Assembly: GCA_977020255.1 (NCBI GenBank)
Contig: CDROCS010003444.1
Span: 124,001-184,167 of the forward strand
Reading direction: 5' to 3'
DNA: 60,167 bases
Source: Obrimoposthia wandeli
Lineage: Eukaryota
In this document: piece after piece, positions 9,545 through 21,728 of the stretch
Numbering within the stretch: position 1 is the first letter of the stretch
How the letters are laid out: each line of letters starts with the position of its first letter
Program-made: the position numbers and the translations under genes
Notes under the pieces: generated by a model
Database searches by the model: none
Told to the model about the DNA's origin: nothing
The model's input: only the letters and a program-made list of their open reading frames with translations

Positions 9545-11446
9545 TTAGTTACTGATAAGTGGCTGAATATGCTGTAAAAACTTGTCTGCTGAAACAAGCC
9601 CTACCACTTTCATTGCAGGTTCAAGACTCCCTTCACGATTATAAAACACCAGCGCTGGAGGCCCCAATACTTGATATTTGTCTAACAGCTCCCGTGCTTC
9701 GTCATTAAAGTCAGTTAAGTCCACTTTAATTAAACTCATATTTTTTAGCACTTTAGCCACTTTTGGTTCTTCAAACATAAACTCTACTTCTACACACGAA
9801 ATACACCAGTCAGCATAGAAATCAAGTAGAACTGGTTGCTGCTGGCTTTTAGCTTGCAACAGTAAAGGTTCCAGTTGAGCAAGAGAAGTAACAGTACTAA
9901 AATTATTAGCATTCTCTTGAACCTGACCCACACCACCGGATAAACCTTTCAAAGGCTTTAGTAAATTACCATTTCCCACAAAAACACCTAACATCAAACT
10001 CAATCCATACACTAAGAATATTAAACCTATTGCTTTTATAAACTTCGTTATGTTTTTTGTTTGCTCGGTTATGGTGTTTAGCGCCCCCATATACACGGCA
10101 GTGCATATAAAAGTCATTGCACTTAACAACATGGTTACTTGAATACTAACGACTCTATCTAGTAAGTAGATGGCCATAAAAATTAGCAGAATACCAAAAC
10201 CTGCTTTTACAGCATTCATCCACGCTCCTACTTTTGGCATCAAATGCCCCGCAGAGAGACCGACCAATAATAAAGGAACACCCATGCCTATGCTTAAGGA
10301 AAACAGCGCCAATCCGCCCAATATCGGATCAGCTGTTTGCCCTATATATATTAAGGCGCCAGCCAGTGGAGCCGCCATACAAGGCCCTACAATTAACGCT
10401 GATAAGACTCCCATGATAGCAACACCAATATAATTACCACCTTGCTGGTTGTTACTCAGGGTCGACAATTTACTTTGTACTGCATTTGGTAACTGTAGTT
10501 CGTAAAAACCAAACATAGATAAAGCTAGCAGTACAAAAACACCACTAAACAGTACTATTATCCAGGTTGTTTGAAACAGAACTTGTAGGTTTTCACCAAA
10601 TAATCCAGCGAGCACACCTGCTAAAGTGTAAGTTACCGCGACTGACAGCACATAGATAATAGTAAGAATTAATGCCTTAGCTTTGGTAATGTCTTTTCCT
10701 TGGCCTGCAATAATACTTGATAAGATAGGTATCATTGGGAACACACAAGGAGTCAGCGAAAGCGCTAGCCCTGCAATAAAAAATGCAGCGAGCACCCAAC
10801 TTAAACTACCAGTGGCTAACAAGTTACTAAAATAGTCTTGCTCACTAACGGTGCCTTGAACTGATGTTGCTTGGCTCTTAGTTGTGCTTTCGCTAGCACT
10901 GAAGCTTAAGTTAGTGCTTGAATCTACATTAATCGACTGATCTGAAGCGCTAGCAACACTTTCATTGAAGTTTTCACCAACAGGCATAGATATTAAACGC
11001 TGCTCTGTAACAGGGGGATAACAAACTCCCCCGTCCCAACATCCTTGATATTGAATTTTTAGGTCAACGTCACCCTTATCGTTTAAATTCGAAAACTGCA
11101 GTACAACTTCACTACTGCTGTAGTACACATCTACTTTACCAAACAGTGCATCATCTTTAGATTTGGTCTTACTTCGGCTTAACTCTTTAATGGTTACACC
11201 ATTGTTTGAGCTAAACTTCATTTTATTATCGTATAAATAATAGCCATCTAAGATATCCCAGCGCAACAACAACTGGTTATCCTTTAGTATCTCGGTTTTT
11301 AAAACAAAAACCTTGCTGACATCTTGAGGACCACCAGCACTTGGCTTATCAAACAGACCTGCAGACACATTACTTACAACAAAAAGGTTTAAGCTCAACC
11401 AAATGAACGGTAAAACGACCATTTTAAAAAAAGCATTTTTAAACAA
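9545..11446 (-). CDS. dsbD: Thiol:disulfide interchange protein DsbD
   Basis: YQGCWDGGVCYPP in the N-domain, LTPCVFPM and GPCMAAP in the membrane domain, FYADWCISC in the thioredoxin domain. Confidence 0.96.
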   Translation of the reverse strand: MFKNAFFKMVVLPFIWLSLNLFVVSNVSAGLFDKPSAGGPQDVSKVFVLKTEILKDNQLLLRWDILDGYYLYDNKMKFSSNNGVTIKELSRSKTKSKDDALFGKVDVYYSSSEVVLQFSNLNDKGDVDLKIQYQGCWDGGVCYPPVTEQRLISMPVGENFNESVASASDQSINVDSSTNLSFSASESTTKSQATSVQGTVSEQDYFSNLLATGSLSWVLAAFFIAGLALSLTPCVFPMIPILSSIIAGQGKDITKAKALILTIIYVLSVAVTYTLAGVLAGLFGENLQVLFQTTWIIVLFSGVFVLLALSMFGFYELQLPNAVQSKLSTLSNNQQGGNYIGVAIMGVLSALIVGPCMAAPLAGALIYIGQTADPILGGLALFSLSIGMGVPLLLVGLSAGHLMPKVGAWMNAVKAGFGILLIFMAIYLLDRVVSIQVTMLLSAMTFICTAVYMGALNTITEQTKNITKFIKAIGLIFLVYGLSLMLGVFVGNGNLLKPLKGLSGGVGQVQENANNFSTVTSLAQLEPLLLQAKSQQQPVLLDFYADWCISCVEVEFMFEEPKVAKVLKNMSLIKVDLTDFNDEARELLDKYQVLGPPALVFYNREGSLEPAMKVVGLVSADKFLQHIQPLISN

Positions 11447-12012
11447 ATGTTTGCCCCAAAGATAATAAAAATTATTACAGTCAACATTTAGCTGTTAACT
11501 GCGCTTATCAATACTTAAATGAATAACATTATTCATCACACAAGTGACTATTTTTTTTACGAGCAGTTCATTAGTAAATGACTAAATGTAATCATTAAGT
11601 GACTCCTTCGTTTCTATGACAAAAGAAATACTCGCATACAAAAAACTATGAGATTATCACATGAAATTCATTTTTATTTTAAGATACTCGACTTGATATC
11701 ACCAAAATTAAATAATGGATACAAGCTATCTAATTTCTCTTCCTTTAATCTATCACGACTATACGAAACCTTTGCAAAATAAGATTCAAATACTTAAACA
11801 TGACTTAGTTTTGTGTGATTTCTAAGCTGTTTAATATCAAAACTGACTGACTCAGTGTCATCCGAGCTAAATTAAAAAAATTAAACGCAATTTTTTTTAA
11901 ATTAGCCTGCTAGCTACTTATCCAAAGCCACTTTTTATGGTACAAATGTTTGAGTTTACATAATCAAGGTTAAGCAACAAGCTGATATCAGCCGTGTAGG
12001 AAGCACATTTCA

Positions 12013-13080
12013 ATGAATAATAATCAAGTAGATAATTTAAACATCGATAATTTTTCGGTACTCATTACGCCACAAGGCCTCAAAGATAAATTGCCATTAA
12101 CACCAAAGGCGATTACAACCATCACTGAAGGGCGGGACACTATTCGCAATATTTTGGACGGTACAGACAAAAGAATTTTTGTTGTCATAGGTCCCTGCTC
12201 TATCCACGACACTGTTGCAGCAATGGATTATGCAAAGCGTTTAAAAACGCTTGCCGATAAAGTAAAAGATTCTATTTATATTGTCATGCGCGTTTATTTT
12301 GAAAAACCTAGAACGACTGTAGGCTGGAAAGGTTTAATAAACGACCCGCATTTGAATGATTCGTTTGAAATTGAAGAAGGCTTACATATTGCGCGTAAAT
12401 TACTATTAGATATATCTGACTTAGGTTTGCCTTTAGCAACAGAAGCACTTGACCCCATCTCCCCACAATATTTACAAGATCTAATTTCTTGGTCTGCTAT
12501 TGGCGCCCGTACGACTGAGTCACAAACCCACCGTGAAATGTCTTCAGGACTATCCTGTGCGGTTGGCTTCAAAAATGGTACTGATGGCGGCCTTGCTGTT
12601 GCTACTAATGCACTACAATCGGTTAGCCATTCACATAGCTTTTTAGGCATCAACTCTACTGGTGAAGTTTCAATTATTAAAACCAGCGGCAACCAATACG
12701 GCCATATAGTGCTTAGAGGCGGCGGCGGTAAACCAAACTATGCCTCAGTGAGCATAAAACAGTGTGAAGAAGCGTTAGAAAAATCAGGTTTGAAAAGCAA
12801 TATTATGGTGGATTGCTCTCATGAAAACTCATCAAAAGACCCTGCGAATCAACCTTTAGTGGCCAAAGATATTATTCATCAAATTGTAGATGGGAACAAA
12901 TCTATTATTGGTTTAATGATTGAATCAAATATCGGTTTTGGCAACCAAAAAATGACCGACAAGCCGTCCGATTTACAATACGGCGTTTCAATCACTGATG
13001 GCTGTATTGATTGGCAACAAACAGAAGACTGCCTATTTGATATGCGCACAAAGCTAAAGGATGTATTAGCAAATCGCTAA
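12013..13080 (+). CDS. aroF: 3-deoxy-7-phosphoheptulonate (DAHP) synthase, class I-alpha; isoenzyme specificity unknown
   Basis: GPCSIHD, MRVYFEKPRTTVGWKGLINDP, IGARTTESQTHRE, VGFKNGTDG, DCSHENS, SITDGCI. Confidence 0.95.
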   Translation: MNNNQVDNLNIDNFSVLITPQGLKDKLPLTPKAITTITEGRDTIRNILDGTDKRIFVVIGPCSIHDTVAAMDYAKRLKTLADKVKDSIYIVMRVYFEKPRTTVGWKGLINDPHLNDSFEIEEGLHIARKLLLDISDLGLPLATEALDPISPQYLQDLISWSAIGARTTESQTHREMSSGLSCAVGFKNGTDGGLAVATNALQSVSHSHSFLGINSTGEVSIIKTSGNQYGHIVLRGGGGKPNYASVSIKQCEEALEKSGLKSNIMVDCSHENSSKDPANQPLVAKDIIHQIVDGNKSIIGLMIESNIGFGNQKMTDKPSDLQYGVSITDGCIDWQQTEDCLFDMRTKLKDVLANR

Positions 13081-13123
13081 GTTTGCTAGGATCTTTCAAA
13101 AGTAATAACCCAACACTGAGTCA

Positions 13124-13597
13124 CTATGATGACTCAGCGTTGCTAGACCACTTATCAGCAGCCATCAAATCTGATTCCTTTTGTGATACCCATACATCAG
13201 CTGTTTCTGTTATTTCTTTTTTCCAAAATGGCGCATCTTTTTTCAAATAATCCATAATAAATTGAGAAGCCTCAAACGCCGCTACTCTGTGTGCGCTAAT
13301 CACACCTATAAAAACAATATTATCCTTCTTTTCTAACTCACCTACTCTGTGCACTATGCATACAGGACCTAACTGCCAGCGTTTGCGTGCTTGTGCGATA
13401 ATGTTTTGCAAGCAATTTTCAGTCATTCCAGGATAGTGCTCTAAAAACATTTTATCTAAATCTTCATTATAGCTATCGCGAACAACCCCTGTAAAAGTAA
13501 CCAACGCACCATAATTGTCATCATTACTTTGCAGCCATTCAATCAATGCACCTTGATTAAAATCTTCTTCTTGTATTTTGATCCAATTCTTAACCAT
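13124..13597 (-). CDS. moaE: Molybdopterin synthase catalytic subunit
   Basis: GALVTFTGVVR, LEHYPGMTE, HRVGEL, SAHR..AFEA.QFIMDYLK..APFWKKE. Confidence 0.95.
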   Translation of the reverse strand: MVKNWIKIQEEDFNQGALIEWLQSNDDNYGALVTFTGVVRDSYNEDLDKMFLEHYPGMTENCLQNIIAQARKRWQLGPVCIVHRVGELEKKDNIVFIGVISAHRVAAFEASQFIMDYLKKDAPFWKKEITETADVWVSQKESDLMAADKWSSNAESS

Positions 13598-13992
13598 AAT
13601 TTAATCCAACTCAATAAAACAAACTAAAATAGCAATATACTCTACAGTGCCAAACATCACGGGTGTTCATGTAAGTGATTATAGCTGCAAGCTAATTATA
13701 ACCTAAGCGAAGTTCGCAAACGCACTTTAATAGAGACATACATTGAAAAAGGGTAAATATTATAACGAGTAATTAATATGTAAAAGTTCAACATTGAAAT
13801 TTTTTCCTTTTATTATGGTTGATTCTACTAATTTTTCGCTACTTGCTTCACTTGCTAAGGCCGTTTCAAACGCACAGGCAAAGTCATACAATTTTTTTAT
13901 ACTTAAAAGCTTTAATTTTCTTTATGACACACCATATAAACCGTTAAACTAGATCACTCAATTTCAGTCTATCATAAGTAGAATTCAGCTAA

Positions 13993-15126
13993 ATGAGCAA
14001 ACATCAAGATAATTCAAGCACCAAGGTTATTGTCGGTATGTCAGGAGGCGTTGATTCTTCTGTATCTGCCCTTTTATTAATGCAACAAGGCTATCAAGTT
14101 GAAGGCTTGTTCATGAAAAACTGGGATGAAGACGACGGAACAGATTACTGTACGGCGCTTGAAGATCTGAAAGATGCTCAAGCCGTATGCGACAAATTAG
14201 GCATACTGCTGCACAAAGCAAACTTTGCAGCTGAATATTGGGACAATGTATTTGAGCATTTTTTAGAAGAGTACCGTGCTGGGCGCACTCCAAATCCAGA
14301 TATTCTTTGTAATCGCGAAATAAAGTTCAAGGCATTTCTTGAATACGCATTGCAATTAGGCGCTGACTACATTGCCACTGGCCATTATGTCCGTCGCAAG
14401 GAGTACCTTGATGACCAAGGAAGTCCTATCGTTGCACTGCAAAAAGGCTTAGATGAAAACAAAGATCAAAGCTATTTTTTGCATCAAGTCGCAGCCGGTG
14501 AAATAGCAAAAACACTGTTCCCTGTTGGCGAATTATTAAAACCAGCAGTTCGCGAAATAGCTGAAGAACACGATTTAGTCACCTATAACAAAAAAGACAG
14601 CACAGGGATTTGTTTTATAGGAGAGCGCCGCTTTAAAGACTTTTTACAACAGTACATCCCTGCGCAGCCTGGCAAAATTGTCACCGATAAAAACGAAGTT
14701 ATCGGCGATCATTCAGGCCTCATGTACTACACTATTGGCCAACGTCAAGGAATGTTGATTGGCGGCCTTAAAAACTATCCTGAAGAGCCTTGGTATGTTG
14801 CCGCTAAAGATTTAGAAAAAAATCAATTAATTGCAGTACAAGGCAAACAAAATGAATTACTTTTTAGCAATTGGTTAATTGCTAGTGATATTTTTTGGAT
14901 AAATGAACACACCCCTGATATTCAATGTGATATACCGTTTAAGTGTCGAGCAAAAGTACGCTATCGCCAACAAGATCAAGATTGTCATATTGTTAAAACT
15001 CAGTCAGGCGATTATAAAATTTCATTTACAGAGCCACAACGTGCCGTTACAGCGGGCCAATCTGTTGTTATTTATCTAGACGACATATGCTTAGGTGGCG
15101 GTATCATTGAAAAATACGGAAAATAA
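13993..15126 (+). CDS. mnmA: tRNA-specific 2-thiouridylase
   Basis: [57 protein letters not shown]. Confidence 0.98.
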   Translation: MSKHQDNSSTKVIVGMSGGVDSSVSALLLMQQGYQVEGLFMKNWDEDDGTDYCTALEDLKDAQAVCDKLGILLHKANFAAEYWDNVFEHFLEEYRAGRTPNPDILCNREIKFKAFLEYALQLGADYIATGHYVRRKEYLDDQGSPIVALQKGLDENKDQSYFLHQVAAGEIAKTLFPVGELLKPAVREIAEEHDLVTYNKKDSTGICFIGERRFKDFLQQYIPAQPGKIVTDKNEVIGDHSGLMYYTIGQRQGMLIGGLKNYPEEPWYVAAKDLEKNQLIAVQGKQNELLFSNWLIASDIFWINEHTPDIQCDIPFKCRAKVRYRQQDQDCHIVKTQSGDYKISFTEPQRAVTAGQSVVIYLDDICLGGGIIEKYGK

Positions 15127-15256
15127 AACGGCTAGACCTGATTTAAATGGCTAACTAAGAAATAGTTAATAACACTTTTTCATTACTCAAAATAACGGGT
15201 TTAAAATCTAATTTACACAATACATCTGTGTAATCTTTATTAAAAGAGAAGTATTA

Positions 15257-15937
15257 ATGTCTAGAAGCCAAGATGAACAAGCAATTGCAATAGCAGCTAT
15301 GTTCCAAGCAGCCTCTTTGGTTGATCAAATTGCAACTAAAGGCATGATATCTCAAAGCAGCTTTGAAACTTCTATTAATAGCTTATTCGTAACACATCCG
15401 GACAATATTGAGGATGTATTTGGAGGCGTTAACTTTCTTCCTCACAACTTAAATTTAGGACTTAAAGCTGTTTTAGATGTTATTGCGAAAAATCGCTCTA
15501 CAAGCTCTAATAACATTACAAAGTATGTTTTAGCGATGGTAATGCTGCAACAAAAACTCAGTAAAGATAGTAAAATGCTCAACCTAATGGGAGAGCGCTT
15601 AAACACATTGAACGATAAGGCGATCAAATATTACTCAAACGAAAATAGCCCTGCTCAAGAGCAGGATTCGTCAATAAACCATACTCATAGTAATATCATT
15701 GCAGGCATTGATGGCCTGTACCAGGATACTATCAGTACTTTTAGCTTTCGCATACAAGTGCAAGGCGATCAAAGGCACCTTCAAAATAAAGAAAACACAG
15801 CCAAGGTAAGAGCTTTATTATTAGCAGGTATTCGAGCTGCTATTTTATGGCGACAAGTGGGTGGCACACGTTGGCATTTATTATTTTTCAAAAAACAGAT
15901 TAAAAATAGTACTCAAAAAATACTTGCAGCAAAATAA
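15257..15937 (+). CDS. hflD: High-frequency lysogenization protein HflD
   Basis: IAIAAMFQAA, LYQDTISTF..RIQVQG, VRALLLAGIRAAILWRQVGG.RW, in the canonical mnmA-hflD-purB position. Confidence 0.93.
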   Translation: MSRSQDEQAIAIAAMFQAASLVDQIATKGMISQSSFETSINSLFVTHPDNIEDVFGGVNFLPHNLNLGLKAVLDVIAKNRSTSSNNITKYVLAMVMLQQKLSKDSKMLNLMGERLNTLNDKAIKYYSNENSPAQEQDSSINHTHSNIIAGIDGLYQDTISTFSFRIQVQGDQRHLQNKENTAKVRALLLAGIRAAILWRQVGGTRWHLLFFKKQIKNSTQKILAAK

Positions 15938-16201
15938 TTTATACAATGCGATTTATCTTGAACCTCATCCCCTAACTTGCTTCTAATTAGCACTAAATAA
16001 AATGGCTAGCTCAGTTTAGGGCCAACTACCTGACTGTCATTTTATAAAAGCGCTTGGTAACAGTTCAGTGCGATACTAAATCTTTATACTGAACCAAATC
16101 CCCCTCTTTCTTCGCTACATTTTAGTTACAACTAAAATCCGGCGTACCCGCAAGCACTGATTTCATATATAATAGCGCTCAGTTTTTTCAATCAATTGTA
16201 A

Positions 16202-17581
<1,380 letters not shown>

Positions 17582-17589
17582 AAAACACG

Positions 17590-17618
17590 TTACTCGCAGC
17601 TATATTAGCTGCGAGTAA
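17590..17618. terminator. Terminator hairpin after purB, between convergent genes
   Basis: ttactcgcagcta-tat-tagctgcgagtaa, a 13-bp perfect stem. Confidence 0.8.
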
Positions 17619-17681
17619 TACTAACGCAATTTAATGTTGCTACACTATAAGTAATACCGCTCTAGCCAGCAATGATAAGAG

Positions 17682-18797
17682 CTAAAGTGTCAACAATCCG
17701 CCAACCGTTTCAAGTGTTTCATTGCCTGCTATTTTCCCAACATTATCCCCTTCAGAAACTAATTTACCCATTGCCCTGGCAAACAAAATACCGTAAGTTC
17801 TGCTGTAAATAGGTGTTCTAGAATCTTGTGGATGTTCGCTTTCTATGTTGACAATTTCAGCTATAAGCTGCTGTTTTTCAACAATATCTCCAATATTTAC
17901 TTTCCAGCTAATGATTCCACTAGAGGGTGCCATGACGGAATCAACGCCATCTAAATTGGTAGCAGTGCTAACGACAGGTTCTATCACTTTTTGCTCTATA
18001 TCAACAACACCCTGTGAAGCTAAAAACCCCAGTAAGCCCTGGGCATCCTGTATCGCCAACTTATCATTGACATCAGCAAAACCACGTAACTCAATAGTAG
18101 TTGAAAAACAACTCGCCACAATACCTTTTTTTTCTGCTGCAACCCATGGCAAAACATGCGCTGCATCAAAAGGAGACCCGCCGGGCTCATCTTCTAACAA
18201 AATAACTGGAGAGCGTATACATTGCGCTAGCACTTCAAGCTGCTCTTGGTGACGATAATTCCCGTATATATGCACTAATGCTTCTGAATCGCAATGCACA
18301 TCTAATACATAATCAGCATCAATAGAAAGGCTCAACAAGGTAGCCTTTAACTGATTTAGAGGCGTAAATGTAGGCAGTTGAGCCACGGATGCTAATAAAG
18401 CAGCTCTTACTTGCGCAACACTTACATTTTCTTGAGTTTCTATCAAGTCATTGACTACATTTGATAAATCAGGCCAATGTCGATTGAAATTTCCTTCTGC
18501 ACTAAAAGATTGGCGACCCAGTACGGTACCATTAATTTTTTGATCCATACCAATAGGGTTTGCATAAGGCACCACGATAATAGTACCTTGCAACCTCCCT
18601 TCTTTATCCAGCTCAATCAAACTTCCTAACAAATGCTGTAGAGCAAGCAAACCGGGCCATTCATCAGCGTGTAGCGCCGCTTGTAAATAAACCTTAGGGC
18701 CTTTTTTATTACCTTCAAACCTATGCACAGTTAAGAAACGTCTTGTACCAGGACTAGGACTTTTAAGCGCAATTTTTTCAACTTTATGAGACATCAA
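17682..18797 (-). CDS. Succinylglutamate desuccinylase/aspartoacylase (M14, AotO-like) hydrolase
   Basis: LQAALHADEWPG (Zn ligands H, E), ANPIG, NFNR, VLDVHCD, TIELRG, and a C-terminal biotinyl-like domain. Downstream of the ABC ATPase. Confidence 0.88.
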   Translation of the reverse strand: MMSHKVEKIALKSPSPGTRRFLTVHRFEGNKKGPKVYLQAALHADEWPGLLALQHLLGSLIELDKEGRLQGTIIVVPYANPIGMDQKINGTVLGRQSFSAEGNFNRHWPDLSNVVNDLIETQENVSVAQVRAALLASVAQLPTFTPLNQLKATLLSLSIDADYVLDVHCDSEALVHIYGNYRHQEQLEVLAQCIRSPVILLEDEPGGSPFDAAHVLPWVAAEKKGIVASCFSTTIELRGFADVNDKLAIQDAQGLLGFLASQGVVDIEQKVIEPVVSTATNLDGVDSVMAPSSGIISWKVNIGDIVEKQQLIAEIVNIESEHPQDSRTPIYSRTYGILFARAMGKLVSEGDNVGKIAGNETLETVGGLLTL

Positions 18798-18872
18798 ACC
18801 AACACCAAGAAAAAAACATCAAGAAAACCATACATCCTATTGATATATAGAGACTATTTATTTAGTTAATAA

Positions 18873-19646
18873 TCAAAAAACAGAGGAGATAAATTCTTTA
18901 CAGCGCTCTGACTTAGGGTTTTCAAATACTTGTTCGGGCGTTCCAAATTCTTCCACCTTACCTTGATGCAAAAACATCACTTGGCTTGATACTTCACGTG
19001 CGAATTTCATTTCATGTGTCACGATCAACATTGTTCTACCTTCAGCCGCTAGCTCTCTCATAACTTTTAAAACTTCACCAACCAATTCTGGATCTAATGC
19101 AGATGTAGGTTCATCAAATAACATTACCTCAGGATCCATCGCTAGCGCTCTAGCAATAGATACTCTTTGTTGCTGTCCACCAGATAGCATACTTGGATAC
19201 ACATCTCGCTTATCACTAAGACCTACTTTCGCCATTAACTGTTCTGCATACTTGATCGCTTCAGCTTTGCTTTTCTTAAGCACCAAAACAGGACCTTCAA
19301 TAATATTTTCCAATACTGTCATATGCGGCCAAAGGTTAAAGTTCTGAAAGACGAAACCTAATCGCTGGCGAACTCTTTCTAATTGTCTACTGTCAGCTGT
19401 GCCTAGATCCCCCTCTTTGTTGCGCTTTAATTTCAATGTTTCTCCGCTAATTTCTATCTCACCTTGCGTTGGATTTTCAAGCATATTAATACATCTTAAA
19501 AAGGTGCTCTTCCCGGATCCGCTTGAACCAATAATAGAAATAACTTCCCCTTCTTTGGCCTGCAAACTAATACCTTTTAGCACTTCCAAATCACCGAAGG
19601 TTTTGTGAATATTACTAACATTAATCGCAATTTTTTGCTGGGACAT
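18873..19646 (-). CDS. Polar amino-acid ABC transporter ATP-binding protein (HisP/AotP-like)
   Basis: [52 protein letters not shown]. Confidence 0.95.
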   Translation of the reverse strand: MSQQKIAINVSNIHKTFGDLEVLKGISLQAKEGEVISIIGSSGSGKSTFLRCINMLENPTQGEIEISGETLKLKRNKEGDLGTADSRQLERVRQRLGFVFQNFNLWPHMTVLENIIEGPVLVLKKSKAEAIKYAEQLMAKVGLSDKRDVYPSMLSGGQQQRVSIARALAMDPEVMLFDEPTSALDPELVGEVLKVMRELAAEGRTMLIVTHEMKFAREVSSQVMFLHQGKVEEFGTPEQVFENPKSERCKEFISSVF

Positions 19647-19973
19647 ATACAAACTCTATTTTTGTAAAAGCCATACGTAAAGCTGGCTAAAGATAAATAA
19701 CTAACAACGGCCACAATTGTAGATAAACTAACAATCTATGTCTGCTAAATTTAAGACGAAAACCAGATTAACATAACCTCTCGAAATAATTAGACAGCAT
19801 CTACACACATATCGAAACAAATGTCGCTATTTTAAAACCATAGACATTTAATGCTGTATCGAGCAATACAAAATACAGGTAAAATAAGTGTTGATATTTG
19901 TGTATAAGATTTGACTCACGAACACTGTTTTATCTTATGTAAGAATAATAATTATAGATTTTGGATCATTAAT

Positions 19974-20807
19974 ATGAAGAAATTAATTGCTATAGCAGCT
20001 ACTGCTGTTACTTTATTGTCTGCAGCAGCCCAAGCTGCGGATACTGTGAAATTCGCTACAGAAGGCGCATACCCCCCTTGGAATGCACTTAATAGCGCTG
20101 GAGAACTCGAAGGCTTTGAAATTGACCTTTATAAAGAGCTTTGCTCAAGAGCTAAATTAGAATGTTCTATGGAACAAACCGCATGGGATGGCATTATCCC
20201 GTCATTGCAAGCTGGTAAGTTCGATGTGATCATGGCTGGGATGTCAATCACTGATAAACGTAAGAAAAAAATTATTTTTTCTAATTCATACGCTTCAACA
20301 CCTGCGGTATTTGTTGTCGATAAAGCATCGGATTTGGCTAGCTTTAAAGTTGATACCGACAGCATATCACTGGCTGAATTAACACCAGCAGAAGATACTG
20401 CTTTGAAAGCTACTCTTTCAGCGCTTAAAGGCAAAACTATTGGCGTACAAAAAGGCACTATTCATCTAAATTTCTTAAAAGAATACCTAAAAGATGATGC
20501 CACTATAAGAACTTACGCTACTCAAGAGCAATTAGATTTAGATCTTCAATCTGGTCGTGTTGATGTTGCTTTCGCGGCAATGAGCTACTGGCACCCACTG
20601 TTCCAAAAGGATGAGGGCAAGAGCTTTCTTGCAATAGGCCCAGGATTCTCTGAAGGACCATTCGGCGAAGGTGTTGGCTTAGGTTTACGCAAAGACGATC
20701 AAGAATTAGCGGATAAACTTAGCGTTGCTATCGGATCTGCTATCTCAGATGGAACTGTCTCTAAGCTGGCCATTCAATGGTTTGGGTTTGACGCTTCCAC
20801 TAAGTAA
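19974..20807 (+). CDS. Polar amino-acid/opine ABC substrate-binding protein (NocT/OccJ-like)
   Basis: Signal peptide, ATEGAYPPWN, WDGIIPSLQAGKFDVIMAGMSIT, GVQKGT, WFGFDASTK. Start moved to ATG 19974. Confidence 0.9.
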   Translation: MKKLIAIAATAVTLLSAAAQAADTVKFATEGAYPPWNALNSAGELEGFEIDLYKELCSRAKLECSMEQTAWDGIIPSLQAGKFDVIMAGMSITDKRKKKIIFSNSYASTPAVFVVDKASDLASFKVDTDSISLAELTPAEDTALKATLSALKGKTIGVQKGTIHLNFLKEYLKDDATIRTYATQEQLDLDLQSGRVDVAFAAMSYWHPLFQKDEGKSFLAIGPGFSEGPFGEGVGLGLRKDDQELADKLSVAIGSAISDGTVSKLAIQWFGFDASTK

Positions 20808-20824
20808 TAACAGTTGTCATAGCT

Positions 20825-20986
20825 AAAGGCAGGACAACCTAGCTGATTTTTATGTTGAAACCACAAACTGAGAGAATGATCTAAAATGGGCAGCTTCTAA
20901 TAGCTTCATTGAAGGTTATCATTTAATTGATCAATCCAACTTTCTCAGTTGATTTCTGTTAGTAAAAACCACGTTATCCTGCCTTT
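20825..20986 (+). repeat. Long imperfect inverted repeat between the binding-protein and permease genes
   Basis: aaaggcagga (20825) / tcctgccttt (20977) and aactgaga (20866) / tctcagtt (20943), plus further nested pairing. Confidence 0.7.
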
Positions 20987-21016
20987 TTATTTACACTAAA
21001 TAAATTAGGTACTTCA

Positions 21017-21727
21017 TTGGATTTAACTATTTTAAGCTGGGGAGCCAGCGGTTGGGGTGATGAGTTTTTTTACGGAACTCTTATTACCATCGCGGTTGCT
21101 ACTTGCTCATTCCTCTTTGGAATAATACTAGCAACAGGGGCTGCTAGCATGAAACTTAGCCCGTACAAAATTTTACGCACAATTGCTACTAGCTACACTA
21201 CTATCGTCCGCGGCATCCCGGAACTACTGGTAATCTATTTAGTTTTCTATGGTGGCAACACGCTACTAATGGGCATCGCTAAAGATGTTTTTAATTACCA
21301 AGAGTACATAGAGCTTCCTATTTTCGTAATGGGTGTAATTTGCATTGGCCTTAGCTCTGGCGCCTATTCAACAGAAGTCATTCGTGGTGCTGTGTTAGCT
21401 GTCCCCAAGGGCACTATTGAAGCCGCGAAAGCTATTGGCATGAGCACTGCCACCCGTTTTAGACGCATTCTATTACCTCAAGTAGCTAAGTTCGCTCTAC
21501 CTGGCCTTGGTAATGTGTGGCAACTAACCCTTAAAGAAACCTCATTAATCTCCGTCATAGGTTTAGCAGAGATTGTACGCATTGCTCAAATTGGCGCAGG
21601 CAGCGAGAAACAACCTTTTACTTTTTTCTTTACGGGACTCGTCTTATTTCTAATACTCGCCTCACTCTCGGATAGAGGGTACTTATCTCTTGAAAAGTGG
21701 GCCAACCGCGGCACTAGGAGATCGTAA
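21017..21727 (+). CDS. Polar amino-acid ABC permease (HisQ/AotQ-like)
   Basis: YTTIVRGIPELL, GAYSTEVIRGA..AVPKGTIEAAKAIGM (EAA motif), LKETSLISVIG. Confidence 0.93.
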   Translation: MDLTILSWGASGWGDEFFYGTLITIAVATCSFLFGIILATGAASMKLSPYKILRTIATSYTTIVRGIPELLVIYLVFYGGNTLLMGIAKDVFNYQEYIELPIFVMGVICIGLSSGAYSTEVIRGAVLAVPKGTIEAAKAIGMSTATRFRRILLPQVAKFALPGLGNVWQLTLKETSLISVIGLAEIVRIAQIGAGSEKQPFTFFFTGLVLFLILASLSDRGYLSLEKWANRGTRRS

Positions 21728-21728
21728 T

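Noticed and set aside
11945-11962. TyrR/PhhR box upstream of the DAHP synthase gene
   Set aside because: Only the TTTACA half is present; the TGTAAA half is missing.
13600-13990. moaD ORF or Moco riboswitch upstream of moaE
   Set aside because: No ORF ending in Gly-Gly and no recognisable Moco motif on the minus strand.
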